Of a stretch of 64,000 nucleotides of DNA, positions 44,859-56,114 are shown piece after piece. A model generated the notes under the pieces. The model worked only from the letters and a program-made list of their open reading frames with translations. It was not told where the DNA came from and ran no database searches. Position 1 is the first letter of the stretch. The number at the start of each line of letters is the position of its first letter. Made by a program: the position numbers and the translations under genes. Source of the stretch: Alphaproteobacteria bacterium (GTDB taxonomy: Bacteria; Pseudomonadota; Alphaproteobacteria; JAAXGF01); assembly GCA_963555825.3 (NCBI GenBank), contig CAUVXB020000002.1, positions 3,200,001-3,264,000 of the forward strand, given 5' to 3'.

Positions 44859-44972
44859 ATTACTTTTCCTCAATGCTTAATCAGGGTTCAACTCCCTACG
44901 AAGCTTCGGGTTCTCCGATGATGTCTCGGCACAACAGCCTGTTTTCCAAGTAAAGCTCATCGAACGTAGCGG

Positions 44973-47660
44973 CTACCCCATACGGTGTGCGGCCATCAGG
45001 CCTGCAAGCGTTGAACTCTCCTTTATTTCGTCATGTGGCACGAGGGCGTAGACCCAAGGCTTGCCACTATTCTCGGCCGCATGGGCATTTGCGTGACCGA
45101 CCCACTCACCGGCGGCTCGCGCTTTGGCGAGAACGATCTCATTCGTCATCTCATTGCGGGCTTTTACCTCGACGATGAGCTTTTCGGCCTCGGTCTCGAC
45201 AACGAAATCCGGTTCGTACCCCCTGCCCGCCAGATACTCGATCTGGAACTGCTTGGCTCCTGGCTTCATCCATCGCATCACGCTCATTTCGTGGTCAGCA
45301 TCAACGAGGACTGCAAAACGCCGTTCATCATCGGAATCAAATTTCTGGAACGGATAGCAACATTTCTGAAAGCCCATGAAGACGTGCTTCTTCGTATCCC
45401 CAAGAGGCATGATGGGGCGATTGAAATCTTTCACCCTCGTAGGATCGGAGACATTGAAGGCCTGTGGCCGCAGAACCTGAAACCCACGTGAGATGGTGGC
45501 ACGATAATCTGTAGGCGTTTCCCAATAATGCTCCTTCATCTGCTCAAAAATGAACCGGGCCAGTTCCTTTCCATGGACAAGGCACACATTCTCCACATCC
45601 TCCGGCTCTGTAAGGTAAGACCGAATGCGTTCAACCATCTGCCCTGCCAGTTTGTACAGAAAATCCGCCTGGCTATCGTAATCTACCTGATCAAATTCGA
45701 TGAGGTGGCGAACAATATAGTTTTCCACGACTTCCTCGCCTGCTCCCTTGAAGGAACGCGCGAGGAATGTTCGGGCCTCCGTCCGCATATTTGTAATCAT
45801 AATTTCATCGGAAATCGGCTGCTTCGAAATTGCCTCAAGCCCGTCAAGGTCAAATTCCTTGTAGCCGAACGTCACCTCACGGGTCGGGATGACAACGATT
45901 TCCGGAATTTCAATCGTCAGCTCGACAATTTTCGACGTCACGACCTCAACAATCTTGTCGTAATCTGGCTCTTTGGCGACGCCTTCAAGTTCGCCCTGGG
46001 CAGGCTTCAAAGCCTCCTTTACCGCTGCTGCAATTTCCTTGCGGACTTCTGGCTCATTTAACTGCCTAACGCCGCGTTTTAGCTTACGCTCATACTGGTG
46101 CTGGATAAGTTCAATGGTGGTTTGGGCGGCCCGCTGCTCCTGCGGTGTCTCGAACACATACGGCGCTTGCTCGGGGCTGGATAGCCCAGGCATACCGGCA
46201 TCGGCCCCCGTCAATATGCTGTCCAGCACCGTCGGCGATTCTAGTACATTCGCCCCTGCGCCTGATACGTCTGCCTCATCACCAATGGATATTTTCTTGA
46301 TAGCAAAAGGTGAATCATCCTCCTGCGCGCGCCTGATAACTTCATCAAAACGGTCATGGGCAATAACGGTCAGCGTGTCCACGGTTTCAACGCCTGTTCG
46401 CTTTCCGTAAGGTAACCGCAAGCCGCGCCCAAGGGTCTGCTCGGTTAGAATATCGGAGGTCGAAGCGCGAAGTGGTACAATTGTATAAAGGTTGTTGACG
46501 TCCCAACCTTCCTTCAGCTTGTTCACATGAATGACGACATCGGTCTGAGCATCATGTTCCAACGCGACAAGGCGCTGCATGGCTTCATCATTTTCCTCGC
46601 CTTTAAGCGCTGAATGAATTTCGATTACCTTGCCCCTATAGCGACCGCCAAAAAAATCATCGCTTTCTATCTGCTCACGGAGTGCTTTCGCGTGCGTTGT
46701 TTCCTGCGCGACGACGAGCATGAACGGATGGACTTTCGGCTTTCCGCTGTCGCGTGCGTATATATCCAACTCCACCTTCACATGTTCATGATAGTGAATT
46801 CCGTCTTCCAGCTTGATTTGCTCAAGCTGCTCCGGCGTGACCGAAGTTGGATCAAAATTCGCGCGCGTCGCCACTGCCGGTTCTTTGACAAATCCATCCG
46901 CCATGGCATTGCCCAGGCCATAGTCAATGATCACGTTTTTGAATGAAGTGGATTTTGCGCCCACCGTCTTAGGTGTGGCGGTCAATTCTAGCCCTAGTAC
47001 TGGCTTCAGCTCTGCAACCGCCTTCATGCCAGCCTTGGCGCGATATCGGTGCGCCTCATCCATCATCAGGACAAGATCAGGAAGTCCCGCGAGATAATCG
47101 AAATAGGATTCACCGATATATTCGTGCAGCTTTTTGATCCGACCCTTGTCCTTGTTGATCTTATCCACATTGAAAATATTGATTATCGGTGTATTTCCAA
47201 ATAGGTCGCTGCCCTGAACCCCGCGCCCATTGTGCCAATTGTCACCCGTCACCAGAAGCGGTGGGTTCTGGGCAAACTCAGAAATGCCCTTGAACACATA
47301 TTTGGGCGTGCCAGGCGTGAAATCCTGAATCAGCTTGTCATAGATCGTTGTGTTTGGCGCGAGCACAAAGAAATGGCGTGAGCGCTCCGTCAGGAATAAG
47401 AAGGCTGCGAAGGCCCCCATCAAGCGAGTCTTACCGACGCCGGTTGCCAACGCAAAACAGAGTGACGGAAAGTCCCGCTCGAAATCAGTTACGCTTGGGT
47501 AGCTCGCCTGAATGGTCTCTAATGCTGCGGCAAGGTCTGTGTCTTTTGAGAGTTCAATCTTCGAAACGACATCCGCCAATATGGCGAGCGATTGCTCCTG
47601 CGGCGAACGCAGGGAAAGGCGCTGGGTGATCTGGCGCTGTATCCGTTCATCACTCACCAT
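44973..47660 (-). CDS. res: Type III restriction enzyme Res subunit (SF2 helicase + PD-(D/E)xK nuclease)
   Basis: LATGVGKT, DEAH, TAT, KEGWD, QTLGRGLR, YEPDFVVE...VEVK. Confidence 0.9.
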   Translation of the reverse strand: MVSDERIQRQITQRLSLRSPQEQSLAILADVVSKIELSKDTDLAAALETIQASYPSVTDFERDFPSLCFALATGVGKTRLMGAFAAFLFLTERSRHFFVLAPNTTIYDKLIQDFTPGTPKYVFKGISEFAQNPPLLVTGDNWHNGRGVQGSDLFGNTPIINIFNVDKINKDKGRIKKLHEYIGESYFDYLAGLPDLVLMMDEAHRYRAKAGMKAVAELKPVLGLELTATPKTVGAKSTSFKNVIIDYGLGNAMADGFVKEPAVATRANFDPTSVTPEQLEQIKLEDGIHYHEHVKVELDIYARDSGKPKVHPFMLVVAQETTHAKALREQIESDDFFGGRYRGKVIEIHSALKGEENDEAMQRLVALEHDAQTDVVIHVNKLKEGWDVNNLYTIVPLRASTSDILTEQTLGRGLRLPYGKRTGVETVDTLTVIAHDRFDEVIRRAQEDDSPFAIKKISIGDEADVSGAGANVLESPTVLDSILTGADAGMPGLSSPEQAPYVFETPQEQRAAQTTIELIQHQYERKLKRGVRQLNEPEVRKEIAAAVKEALKPAQGELEGVAKEPDYDKIVEVVTSKIVELTIEIPEIVVIPTREVTFGYKEFDLDGLEAISKQPISDEIMITNMRTEARTFLARSFKGAGEEVVENYIVRHLIEFDQVDYDSQADFLYKLAGQMVERIRSYLTEPEDVENVCLVHGKELARFIFEQMKEHYWETPTDYRATISRGFQVLRPQAFNVSDPTRVKDFNRPIMPLGDTKKHVFMGFQKCCYPFQKFDSDDERRFAVLVDADHEMSVMRWMKPGAKQFQIEYLAGRGYEPDFVVETEAEKLIVEVKARNEMTNEIVLAKARAAGEWVGHANAHAAENSGKPWVYALVPHDEIKESSTLAGLMAAHRMG

Positions 47661-47663
47661 GGC

Positions 47664-49328
47664 TCAGCCCTCCTTCTTTCCGAAGAGGGGTAACTCTTCT
47701 GCCATTTTCTCCCGCTCGATTGCCTCATCACTTTTCGCCATAGGCAAGTTGGCGACATTCAGACTGTAATCATCCTTCCCCCATTCGCACTTGGACAGCA
47801 CGGCATGAGGAATTTTCTTAATGGTCAAATTATCAAAAGCATCCGCCTCCGCGTTAAAGGCTTTGCAGCAAACAAGCAGGCTGCGATCCGGTCCCACATT
47901 TTCCGAAAGTTTCTTCAGTGCCGCATGAGTCATGGACGCCGTGGTCACAAAGATGAAGTCGGTCTCCGTGGAATGCCCATGCCGCCAGTATTCGTTTTTA
48001 TCCTGCGAGGGGTCATAGACGAAACCCATATTCTTGCAGAGCGCTTCGGCCAGCATCGCTGAATTATATTCTTTTGAGATGACCCAGTTGCCGTATTTAT
48101 CTTTTTCGAGAAGTGATGGAGCGAGACGGTAATAGCGGAAACCACCGCCGCCCCTCCAATTGGAAACGTCGGTAACCCCTCCAGGATCATCGTCTTCGAC
48201 GACCTTTTGTAACCGTGGAGCGACGTGGGTAATACAATGGTCACCTAGTTCAACCATTATCCAGCGGCGCCCCATCTTTTGGGCGACAGCTCCCGTTGTG
48301 CCGGAACCTGCGAAGGAATCCAAAACTAGATCACCTTGGTTCGTAGCAATTTGGAGAACTCTGTTTAAGAGACGCTCTGGTTTTGGAGTGTCAAAAACCT
48401 TCGAAGCCCCAAATAGAGCAATGCTTTCTTTTTTTGCCTCGTCTGTGTGCCCAACCTCTGAATGTGGCCACCAATTATGTGGCGTCATGCCGTCTCTAAC
48501 CTCTGACAAGAACCTCTTTAGGGCAGGAACACTGTTTTCGCCTTTTAATCCCCACCAAAGTCGATCCTCGTCCACATGTTTTTGATGAGTACCTCTGTCG
48601 TATTTCCAGGCCTTGACTTTGTTCTTGACGATTGCGCGCGTGAATGGGTTCACAATGTCGTAAACCAAATTACGGCGTTTCTCCATGGTAGCTTGATTCA
48701 AATAGTCTACGGACTTCCACGGCCCTCTTGGGTCGTCATCAGGGTTCGAGTATCGAGATACCGCCTCGCTAGATCGCGGGAGCAGGTTATTCTGAAACGC
48801 CTCTGATTTTCGGTAAATCAAAATAATATCGCAAATTGACGCGATACCTTTGTAGTTGTTACTGACACTATACTTTTTCTGCCATGTAACTTGTCTGACG
48901 AAATTAATTCGCCCAAAGATTTCGTCGCAAAGCACCTTTAGATAATGGCCTTCAATCTCATCAATATTAATCCAAATCGAACCGTCATCAGAAAGCAGAT
49001 TTCGTAATATTTCCAATCGGTCTTTAATTAACGAGAGCCAAATTGAGTGTTCCAAACCATCTTCATAATGCTCGAAAGCGTTACCCGTATTGTAAGGGGG
49101 ATCGATATAGATACACTTCACCTTAGCAGTGTACTCTGCTTCTAAGGCCTTTAGCGCCAGCAAGTTGTCGCCGTGAATGAGAATATTATCGAAGATGTCG
49201 TCTTCAGACTGTCGCTCTTTAGCGTGGCAAGACAGCTCAGGGTCTTCGATAAGGATGCGTGGTTCCAATTTCGGACGCTCATCCTTTCCAATCCAGGTCA
49301 GCTCCAACTTCTGCTTTTTTCTGCTCAC
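47664..49328 (-). CDS. mod: Type III Mod subunit, N6-adenine DNA methyltransferase (beta class)
   Basis: LIHGDNL, YIDPPYNTG, TPKPERLL, LDSFAGSGTT. Confidence 0.93.
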   Translation of the reverse strand: MSRKKQKLELTWIGKDERPKLEPRILIEDPELSCHAKERQSEDDIFDNILIHGDNLLALKALEAEYTAKVKCIYIDPPYNTGNAFEHYEDGLEHSIWLSLIKDRLEILRNLLSDDGSIWINIDEIEGHYLKVLCDEIFGRINFVRQVTWQKKYSVSNNYKGIASICDIILIYRKSEAFQNNLLPRSSEAVSRYSNPDDDPRGPWKSVDYLNQATMEKRRNLVYDIVNPFTRAIVKNKVKAWKYDRGTHQKHVDEDRLWWGLKGENSVPALKRFLSEVRDGMTPHNWWPHSEVGHTDEAKKESIALFGASKVFDTPKPERLLNRVLQIATNQGDLVLDSFAGSGTTGAVAQKMGRRWIMVELGDHCITHVAPRLQKVVEDDDPGGVTDVSNWRGGGGFRYYRLAPSLLEKDKYGNWVISKEYNSAMLAEALCKNMGFVYDPSQDKNEYWRHGHSTETDFIFVTTASMTHAALKKLSENVGPDRSLLVCCKAFNAEADAFDNLTIKKIPHAVLSKCEWGKDDYSLNVANLPMAKSDEAIEREKMAEELPLFGKKEG

Positions 49329-50700
49329 GCCACGACCTCCCAACGGATTGAGAATAATGGTTCCAGAACAGGTGCCGTATCCATACTTTGCGCGATGTCA
49401 TCCAGCATCTGATTGACTTCATCACGAATATTTTTACGCCGCTCAAAGGTCTTGAGCTTCATTTCATCGCGTTTGCCTTCCAGCCGCTGAATGCGCCTTT
49501 TTTCGTTCAACTTGTCAGCCATTGCCATCGCTATGTTGGTCCGCAGCGCTTTTCTGGCTGCTTTGATCTCCTCATCCATTTCCTTGATCTCAACCTCCGC
49601 CGCTTTTTCAAGATCATCGGCATAGGCATCGAGCTTATCCGTTTCCGCATCCAGCCATTCGGCATTTTGCTGCTGGGCCTCCTCGATAATTGCCTGCTGT
49701 TGCGCTGCTTCGACACCCAACAACGTGCTGTCTGGAATAGATGTTGTCGGAGAACCATTGTCGGTCGCTGGGACCAAGAAAAGGCGGTCCACGGTTTCAG
49801 GGTGAACTTCTTCCCCCTGATCTGTGATACACGCTGCAACGATATGCTCACGGACAGATTGAGGGGTTTTGATAGTGAGTTTTGACAGCTTCAACCAACC
49901 AGCTTTGCCGCCCAAATTTCTCACGTCGGCTATTACATTCGGATAGGCTGAATGGTCAAATCGCAAGCACTCAAGGCCAATCTCCCGTTCCTTAGCCTGA
50001 TTGACCAAAGTTTCTGCCAAATTCCCATCAGCCAGCCGAAAGAATTGCCAGCCTTCCTCATCGGCAAGCGGCCATTCCGTTGTGTAGGTATTTCCTTGAT
50101 AGTCAAAGCGTGGGCTCTGATCGCCGTGGAAATTCGCATCAGGCAACTCGGCGCGGGCAACGGTGATCAGTCGCCGGGTGAACTCATCCAACGACCCATC
50201 GATGATGCCCTTGCGGGCTTTCAGGCGACTGACAACATCCTGATCCATATGCTCCATCAGCTTTTTGCGAGCATCCAGCATATCGGCGTCGATCTTTTCC
50301 TCCATCTCTTCCTGAAGCATGTCGAAGGAAAGCTGCACTTCCTCGTCGCTGCGGGCCTCTTGCACGATCTCCAGTACCTTGCGCTCGAAATCAATGCCGC
50401 GCTCAATTGCGCCTAATACCTCATCACTTACGCCGAAGACCCCTTCAAACAGTTTGAATTTCTTCGCCAGCAATTCATAGACACGCGCTTCGGCTTTGTT
50501 CTTACGATTGAGAAGATTGACCACCGTTACGTCGAGCTTTTGGCCATATCGATGACAACGACCGATCCGCTGCTCTATCCTTTGCGGATTCCATGGCAAA
50601 TCGAAGTTCACGACAAGGGAACAGAATTGCAGGTTGATGCCCTCGGCACCTGACTCCGTTGAGACCAATATGCTTTTGTCTTGGGAATTATCCCTACTAC

Positions 50701-50729
50701 TTGACATCTTTACCCTGACTCCCTATATT
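50701..50729 (+). promoter_or_regulatory. Sigma70-like promoter of the IS1595 transposase
   Basis: TTGACA-17 bp-TATATT; the -35 overlaps the left TIR. Confidence 0.7.
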
Positions 50730-50748
50730 CAAAGTGTCGCAAGGGAGA

Positions 50749-51735
50749 ATGGAAATGGCGAAAAAGGGACCGGGCGAAGCGCACCGCGAAGGGCTCACCA
50801 TTGTCCAGTTGATGGACATGTTCCCGACCGAAGAAGCCGCAACGGCATGGCTCGAGTCGGCGATCTGGTCTGACGGTGAGCGGCATTGCGGCAAGTGCGG
50901 ATCGACCCGAACCAGCGAGGTTCCGAACGCCAAGCCGATGCCTTACTGGTGCACGGATTGCCGCTCCTACTTCTCCGTTCGAACGGGCACGCCTCTCGCG
51001 CGCTCCAACGTGCCGTTGCGCAAGTGGGCTATCGCGATCTATCTTTGCTTGACGAGCCTCAAGTCGGTTTCTTCGATGAAGCTGTCCCGAGATATTGGCG
51101 TCAAGCAATCGACCGCTTGGTTCATGCTGCACCGTATCCGGGAAGCGTGGGCGGGCGAGTACGGCGGGCCTTTCGACGGGCCGGTCGAAGTTGATGAGAC
51201 TTACTTTGGCGGCAAGCGCAAGAACATGAGTAAGGCTAAGCGCAAAGAGTTGGCTGGCACCGGACGTGGCGCGGTTGGAAAGACTGCCGTGGTTGGAATG
51301 AAAGACCGCGACAGCAACAAAGTGACGGCCCGTGTCGTTGACGACACAGATGCCAAGACATTGCAGGGGTTCGTCACCGATCATGCCGCCCCCGATGCCA
51401 CGGTCTACACCGACGATCACGGCGGTTATCACGGAATGCCGTTCGAGCACGAGAGCGTCCGGCACAGCGTCGGCGAATACGTTGACGGGATGGCGCACAC
51501 CAACGGCATCGAGTCGTTCTGGTCGATGCTGAAACGCGCTCACAAGGGAACGTTCCACAAGATGAGCCCGAAGCATCTTGATCGTTACGTCCAGGAGTTC
51601 GCTGGTAAGCACAACATCCGCGAGTCAGGGACGCTTGCGCAGATGCGGGATACTGTTGCGCGGCTTGTCGGCCGCAACCTTCTCTACCGCGACCTCATCG
51701 CTGGCAACGGGCTTTCGAACGCGGGCCGGTCGTAA
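50749..51735 (+). CDS. IS1595 transposase
   Basis: Zn ribbon CGKC...CTDC, VEVDETY.GG, YTDD, HTNGIESFWS. Confidence 0.93.
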   Translation: MEMAKKGPGEAHREGLTIVQLMDMFPTEEAATAWLESAIWSDGERHCGKCGSTRTSEVPNAKPMPYWCTDCRSYFSVRTGTPLARSNVPLRKWAIAIYLCLTSLKSVSSMKLSRDIGVKQSTAWFMLHRIREAWAGEYGGPFDGPVEVDETYFGGKRKNMSKAKRKELAGTGRGAVGKTAVVGMKDRDSNKVTARVVDDTDAKTLQGFVTDHAAPDATVYTDDHGGYHGMPFEHESVRHSVGEYVDGMAHTNGIESFWSMLKRAHKGTFHKMSPKHLDRYVQEFAGKHNIRESGTLAQMRDTVARLVGRNLLYRDLIAGNGLSNAGRS

Positions 51736-51828
51736 CGGTTCGACACGGCGGAACAGCGCGCGCGCCAGCGTCTCGGGCGTCGCGCCAACCAAATCCACCT
51801 TCGGATCAAGCTTCGGCATGTATTTCAT
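51625..51828 (-). CDS. Small hypothetical passenger ORF, convergent and overlapping the transposase end
   Basis: GGAGG RBS; MKYMPKLDPKVDLVGATPETLARALFRR. Confidence 0.45.
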   Translation of the reverse strand: MKYMPKLDPKVDLVGATPETLARALFRRVEPLRPARVRKPVASDEVAVEKVAADKPRNSIPHLRKRP

Positions 51829-51933
51829 GTTGCAGCCCTCCATTCGGCCATTGTGCGCCCGCCCTTGCTGCGATTACAGCCAGAGCAGAGCAGTTGCAGG
51901 TTGTCGCCGGTCCAGACCGTCCCGCTGGCGAAG

Positions 51934-52545
51934 TTAGCGGGCATCGGCTTGAGCGAGACGCTTGGCAAGAAATTCAATCCATTCTGTATGGTTCGTCACG
52001 GTCAGCCCCTTTTCGATCTTGGGATGGGACTCGCCTTGTTTGTCGAGAACGTGGCAGGCCCGCTCTAGGTGAAACAAGAGAGCGTTCGACTGCCCTTTTT
52101 CCCGAGCCGTAACTTTGGCAGGGAATTCCTGACCGCTGTATCGGATCAGCTCATCCAAGCACCGTTGAAGATCCGGGACGTTTTGCAGCCGCTTGTTGAC
52201 CAGCCGCGAGCCCCACCGTCGTCTCCATACAGATCGCATCCGAAGGATCGGCCTGCTCCAAGGTGGCGGCCTGACGCTCACGGTCGCTGTCGATGTCATG
52301 AGATGGAACGAAGCAGGTCTCGCATCAGCCGCGAAGCGCTCCTTCCCACCAAAAAGCTTTAACCCCTTTATGGCCGAACCAATATTTCGTCTGTGAGCTA
52401 TGGCAGCCGGCACAAAGGCTGCTACCGCCACGATTGCCCACCGCCAATCCCCCAGCGGAAGCCACGGTTCCATCATGAGCGCCACGGCGGCCGTCGCGAC
52501 GGCCACGCCGAAACCAAAAGTAATGGTTTTGAGCCACTGTCCCAT
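51934..52545 (-). CDS. Hypothetical passenger protein with two N-terminal TM segments
   Basis: Starts just inside the right TIR; hydrophobic N-terminus. Confidence 0.5.
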   Translation of the reverse strand: MGQWLKTITFGFGVAVATAAVALMMEPWLPLGDWRWAIVAVAAFVPAAIAHRRNIGSAIKGLKLFGGKERFAADARPASFHLMTSTATVSVRPPPWSRPILRMRSVWRRRWGSRLVNKRLQNVPDLQRCLDELIRYSGQEFPAKVTAREKGQSNALLFHLERACHVLDKQGESHPKIEKGLTVTNHTEWIEFLAKRLAQADAR

Positions 52546-54101
52546 GCCCCGACGCTAGCCGACCGGGCCGGGAGCGTCAAGTAGTAGGGATAATTCCCTT
52601 TGTCTTCACCCTTGAACGCTTCGACAATTGCAGCCTTCATGTCCGCACTCTTAGAACCTGAGACCGCATCAGTACCTTGATGACGCTCTAACCAATCTGC
52701 ATATATGGCCTTGCTTCCGGCGTCATTGTTTGAGCCATTCATTAGTACGATCCGACCGTCAAAGCCGTTCGCAGCGAGCACCTCGCTCAAATATTTTTGG
52801 GTGCGAACCGATTCCGTAAATATGACTGCTTTTTCTTGGCCATCGCGCTTAACGATCTCAGCTAAAATTTCGGGGAGCTTTTCCACCAATTTCTCGCCCT
52901 TGGCATTTGAGCCAATAGAAAGCGCAAGATCCCGGTAAATTTTCAGTTCGGCAATCTCCGCTTCCCACAATTCGGGATCAATTGCCGGGCCTGTCGTCCC
53001 TGTTCCCTCTTCTTCCCCCCATTCTTCGGCCAGTTCATCGACGGTATCGATGTCATCAAGCACGCTCTCATCAATTCGCTTCTTCTCTTCAAGGCGCGTG
53101 ATGATGCCTTGCAGAAATTGCGAAATCGCAAAGGTGGAGGAGCCAAGAATTTTTCGGGCAACCAGCAACACAAGGTGATTAGTCCGGTCGCCGAACGCGA
53201 TGGTATCCTTTCGCTGTAGAAAGGCAGAGACCTGTTCATAAAGAAGCACTTCTTCGTTGCCAGATTCGAAGTCGAAGGTGCGAACAATACGCTTGGTGAA
53301 ATTAATGTGCCCGGCCTCGACCACCTGTCGTCGTAATGTCCGCAGGCAAACCTGAGCAAGCCTGCTCTTGAGAACAGAAAGAGTTGCCGGGCTGGCCCTC
53401 GCGTCGGTGTACATGGTACGGAACGAGTATTGATCGCCAAAATGATGATCGTCGATCATGGAGACGAGCCCGAAAAGTTCCATCAAAGAATTCTGCAAGG
53501 GCGTCGCGGTAAGAAGCATCTTGAATGGGCGTTGCAGAGCTTCCTTCAATTTTTTCGCACGTTTCGACCCGCTTTTCTTATAAACATTGCGGAGGCGATG
53601 CGCTTCATCGTAGATCACCAAATCCCAGTCTATGACGGCAACGTCATCGGCTTTTCCTGCTGCAAATTCGTAGGAAACGATAACCACTGCATTTTCTGCC
53701 TCGAAGGGGCGACGAACGTCTGATCTCAAGCGTTCTCGGTAGGTTTTGGCATCTAGAATGACGCTATCGAACGAAAATTTTTCACGCAGCTCCTGAGCCC
53801 ATTGCTTACGGAGCGAAGCTGGAACGATAAGCAGAACCTTGCGTTTCCGCTCGGCCCATTTCTGAGCAATGACCAGACATGCCTCAATGGTTTTTCCAAG
53901 ACCAACTTCGTCGCCAAGTATCACACCTTTCGATAGCGGGGATTGCAGAGCAAACAGCGCCGCATCCACCTGATGCGGGTTCATATCAACACGTGCGGTC
54001 GAGAGCGACTTTGCAAATGCCTCGTCGCCACTCCCTTCCAAGGTTATGCGGTGCGCCAAATACTGGCTATGGAACGGCGGGTAAGAACTCATAGAGTTGG
54101 T

Positions 54102-54290
54102 CTACCCTTTCCCTTTTCTGTGCCGAGATCGCTCATCAATCCACCGTTCTATTTCACTTCGCCTGAACCGCCATGATCCACCAACCTTAAAACCCGGTAT
54201 CTTCCCTTCGGCGGTTAAACGGTATGCGGTCTTCTCCGTCAGCTTCAGATACGCAGCAACTTCTTTGATGGTCATGATATCGGTATTCAT
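54102..54290 (-). CDS. Excisionase-like HTH (HTH_17) regulator heading the defence operon
   Basis: MTIKEVAAYLKLTEKTAYRL..EGKIPGFKVGGSWRF. Confidence 0.88.
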   Translation of the reverse strand: MNTDIMTIKEVAAYLKLTEKTAYRLTAEGKIPGFKVGGSWRFRRSEIERWIDERSRHRKGKG

Positions 54291-54500
54291 GGCATGCCCA
54301 CGGAAACGACTCCCTATGAGAAAATACGGGAAAATTCGGCAAATCGCAACGAGGTATAGTAAGCGCTCCATTCTTTCTCGCCTCGATGGAGGATAAGCTG
54401 CGCGGCTGTACCAGAGCCCGGTCCACTTCGAGATGGCGGGCCGAGAGTGAGCAATCAGCTCTCCACTAAACCGAAGCAAGACCAGTCCGACCTGTGCTGC

Positions 54501-54600
54501 TCATTTAGCGGAGATCAACCTGAGCCGGGACGGATCGGCGTTGGGCAGGACCTCGACCCGCTTGACCACGAGGCCGGTGCCGTCCCACAGAACCGCCGCC
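54501..54600 (-). pseudogene. Remnant of an S24 peptidase (CI/LexA-like repressor) C-terminus
   Basis: Manual translation AVLWDGTGLVVKRVEVLPNADPSRLRLISAK*. Confidence 0.55.
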
Positions 54601-54860
54601 GTTGCATGGGAGACGAAGCCATGAAGAGTCGGGCCACAGTTGATAAGCCTCGGGGTTCGTGCGAGCCGGTTCGTCACCTACTTCGCGCCTCACGGCCTGC
54701 TGAATCTCCGGCAACACCGAAATCGTGCTCAAGTGGGGACTTCGGGCTGCGCCCAACAAGTTCGAATACGTGCAAAATCGAAAATCCTGCCCGTTGAATC
54801 TCAAGCATCATGCAGCGTGCCCGGCATACCGTGTTGCGGCATTTTAGGGATTGATTCCAC

Positions 54861-56114
54861 CTATGGCGGGTTTGACGGAGCCGCCGCGGCGGTTGCGTTC
54901 ATCAACGCATCTATCCGGTCAGCGATGCCCTGCGCGGGTTCGCGCAGTTGCCCGATGGTCCAGTCGGCCGCGTACCCCTCGGTGATGTCGTTGGGCCGGA
55001 CGTGGTTGACCAGCCGCTTGGTCAAAGTGCGCGGCAGCAGCAGGTCGCGCTCTGCCACCGTGATGAAACAATTCCGCAAAGCGTGGTACCAGAACTTCGT
55101 GCCGCCCGTCTCGCCGATCAGCCGGTAGAAATGAGCCAGGTCGACGACATGGCCCGAGGCGCTGGCGGAGGACGGGAACACCCAGTCCCGAAGCCCACCC
55201 GGGAGGGTCGCGATCACTGCCCGGCGGCGTTCGAGGATGGCGGCCAGTTGCCGGGTAATGGGCAGTTCCAGGGGCGCGCCGGTCTTGGTCTCGTCAACGC
55301 GGAAGACAAGCTCCGCCATGTCCACCCGCTCCCACCGGAGCGGCAACACCTCGTTCAGGCGCATGCCGGTATACAGCCCGAACCGGAACGCGTCCCGGGC
55401 AACCGGCGCGATGGCCCCCGCCTCGATGCCTTTCTTCCAGCGCGGCAGCACCTCCGCCGGAGCGGAGATCTTGCGCCGCTTCGGGGGATGATACTTGCCG
55501 CCGCCGGCGCGCCACAGCTCGACCGGGTTGCGCAGGCCCTCGAGATCGACGCAGGGCCGGCGATAGATCGAACCCAGGAGCGATATCGACATGTTGGCCG
55601 GCGCCCAACCGTTATTCCGGGTGAGGCTGTTGAAACGGTCCTCTACATCCCGGCGGCCGATGGCGTCGAGCGGACGCATGCGCCAGTCGGCGAGATAGCC
55701 GAATATGTTGCGATAGTGTTTATTGGTGCGCGCGGTCCGTTTGGGATTGACCGCCATGTAGTCATCGAAGGCTTGCTCGAGCAGGGGCATGCCGCCCGCC
55801 TCGGCGCGCCCGCCCACCGGACGGTCGCCGGCTTTGCGCAACACCCGCCGCGCCATATGCCGGGCTTGCTCGGCCGTTATCCCGCCGTGGCGGCCAAGAA
55901 CGACGCGCTTGTTGGGCGCCTTTCGTCCACCGTCGCCAGCGCGGTAGTTGACGATGTAGGATTTGAGGCCGGTGGGCTGCACCCGGATACCGAACCCGGT
56001 CAAGGTGTCATCCCAGGCGACCCAGGACTTGGCGGCGGGCTTCAGCGCCTCGACAGTGCGTTTGGTCAAGGACAGCTTGTTCAACGCGATACGTTTTCCG
56101 GAGGGTTTCGTCAT
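54861..56114 (-). CDS. Tyrosine integrase with arm-binding domain (A2)
   Basis: WDDTLTGFGIRV, TGMRLNE, HALRNCF, VNH, TEGY; ATGA-coupled to A1. Confidence 0.9.
   Translation of the reverse strand: MTKPSGKRIALNKLSLTKRTVEALKPAAKSWVAWDDTLTGFGIRVQPTGLKSYIVNYRAGDGGRKAPNKRVVLGRHGGITAEQARHMARRVLRKAGDRPVGGRAEAGGMPLLEQAFDDYMAVNPKRTARTNKHYRNIFGYLADWRMRPLDAIGRRDVEDRFNSLTRNNGWAPANMSISLLGSIYRRPCVDLEGLRNPVELWRAGGGKYHPPKRRKISAPAEVLPRWKKGIEAGAIAPVARDAFRFGLYTGMRLNEVLPLRWERVDMAELVFRVDETKTGAPLELPITRQLAAILERRRAVIATLPGGLRDWVFPSSASASGHVVDLAHFYRLIGETGGTKFWYHALRNCFITVAERDLLLPRTLTKRLVNHVRPNDITEGYAADWTIGQLREPAQGIADRIDALMNATAAAAPSNPP

Larger units (their letters stand above)
50683..52598 (+). mobile_element. IS1595-family element with passenger ORFs
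   Basis: Perfect 23-bp TIR GGGAATTATCCCTACTACTTGAC; 8-bp TSD TTTGTCTT (50675-50682 and 52599-52606). Confidence 0.95.
49325..54092 (-). pseudogene. SNF2-family helicase/ATPase split by IS1595 (N part 52599-54092, C part 49325-50682)
   Basis: DEVGLGKT, DEAH, LTATP; STESGAEGINLQ, DLPWNPQRIEQRIGR; removing the IS and one TSD rejoins GEDK-SILV in frame (~947 aa). Confidence 0.9.
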
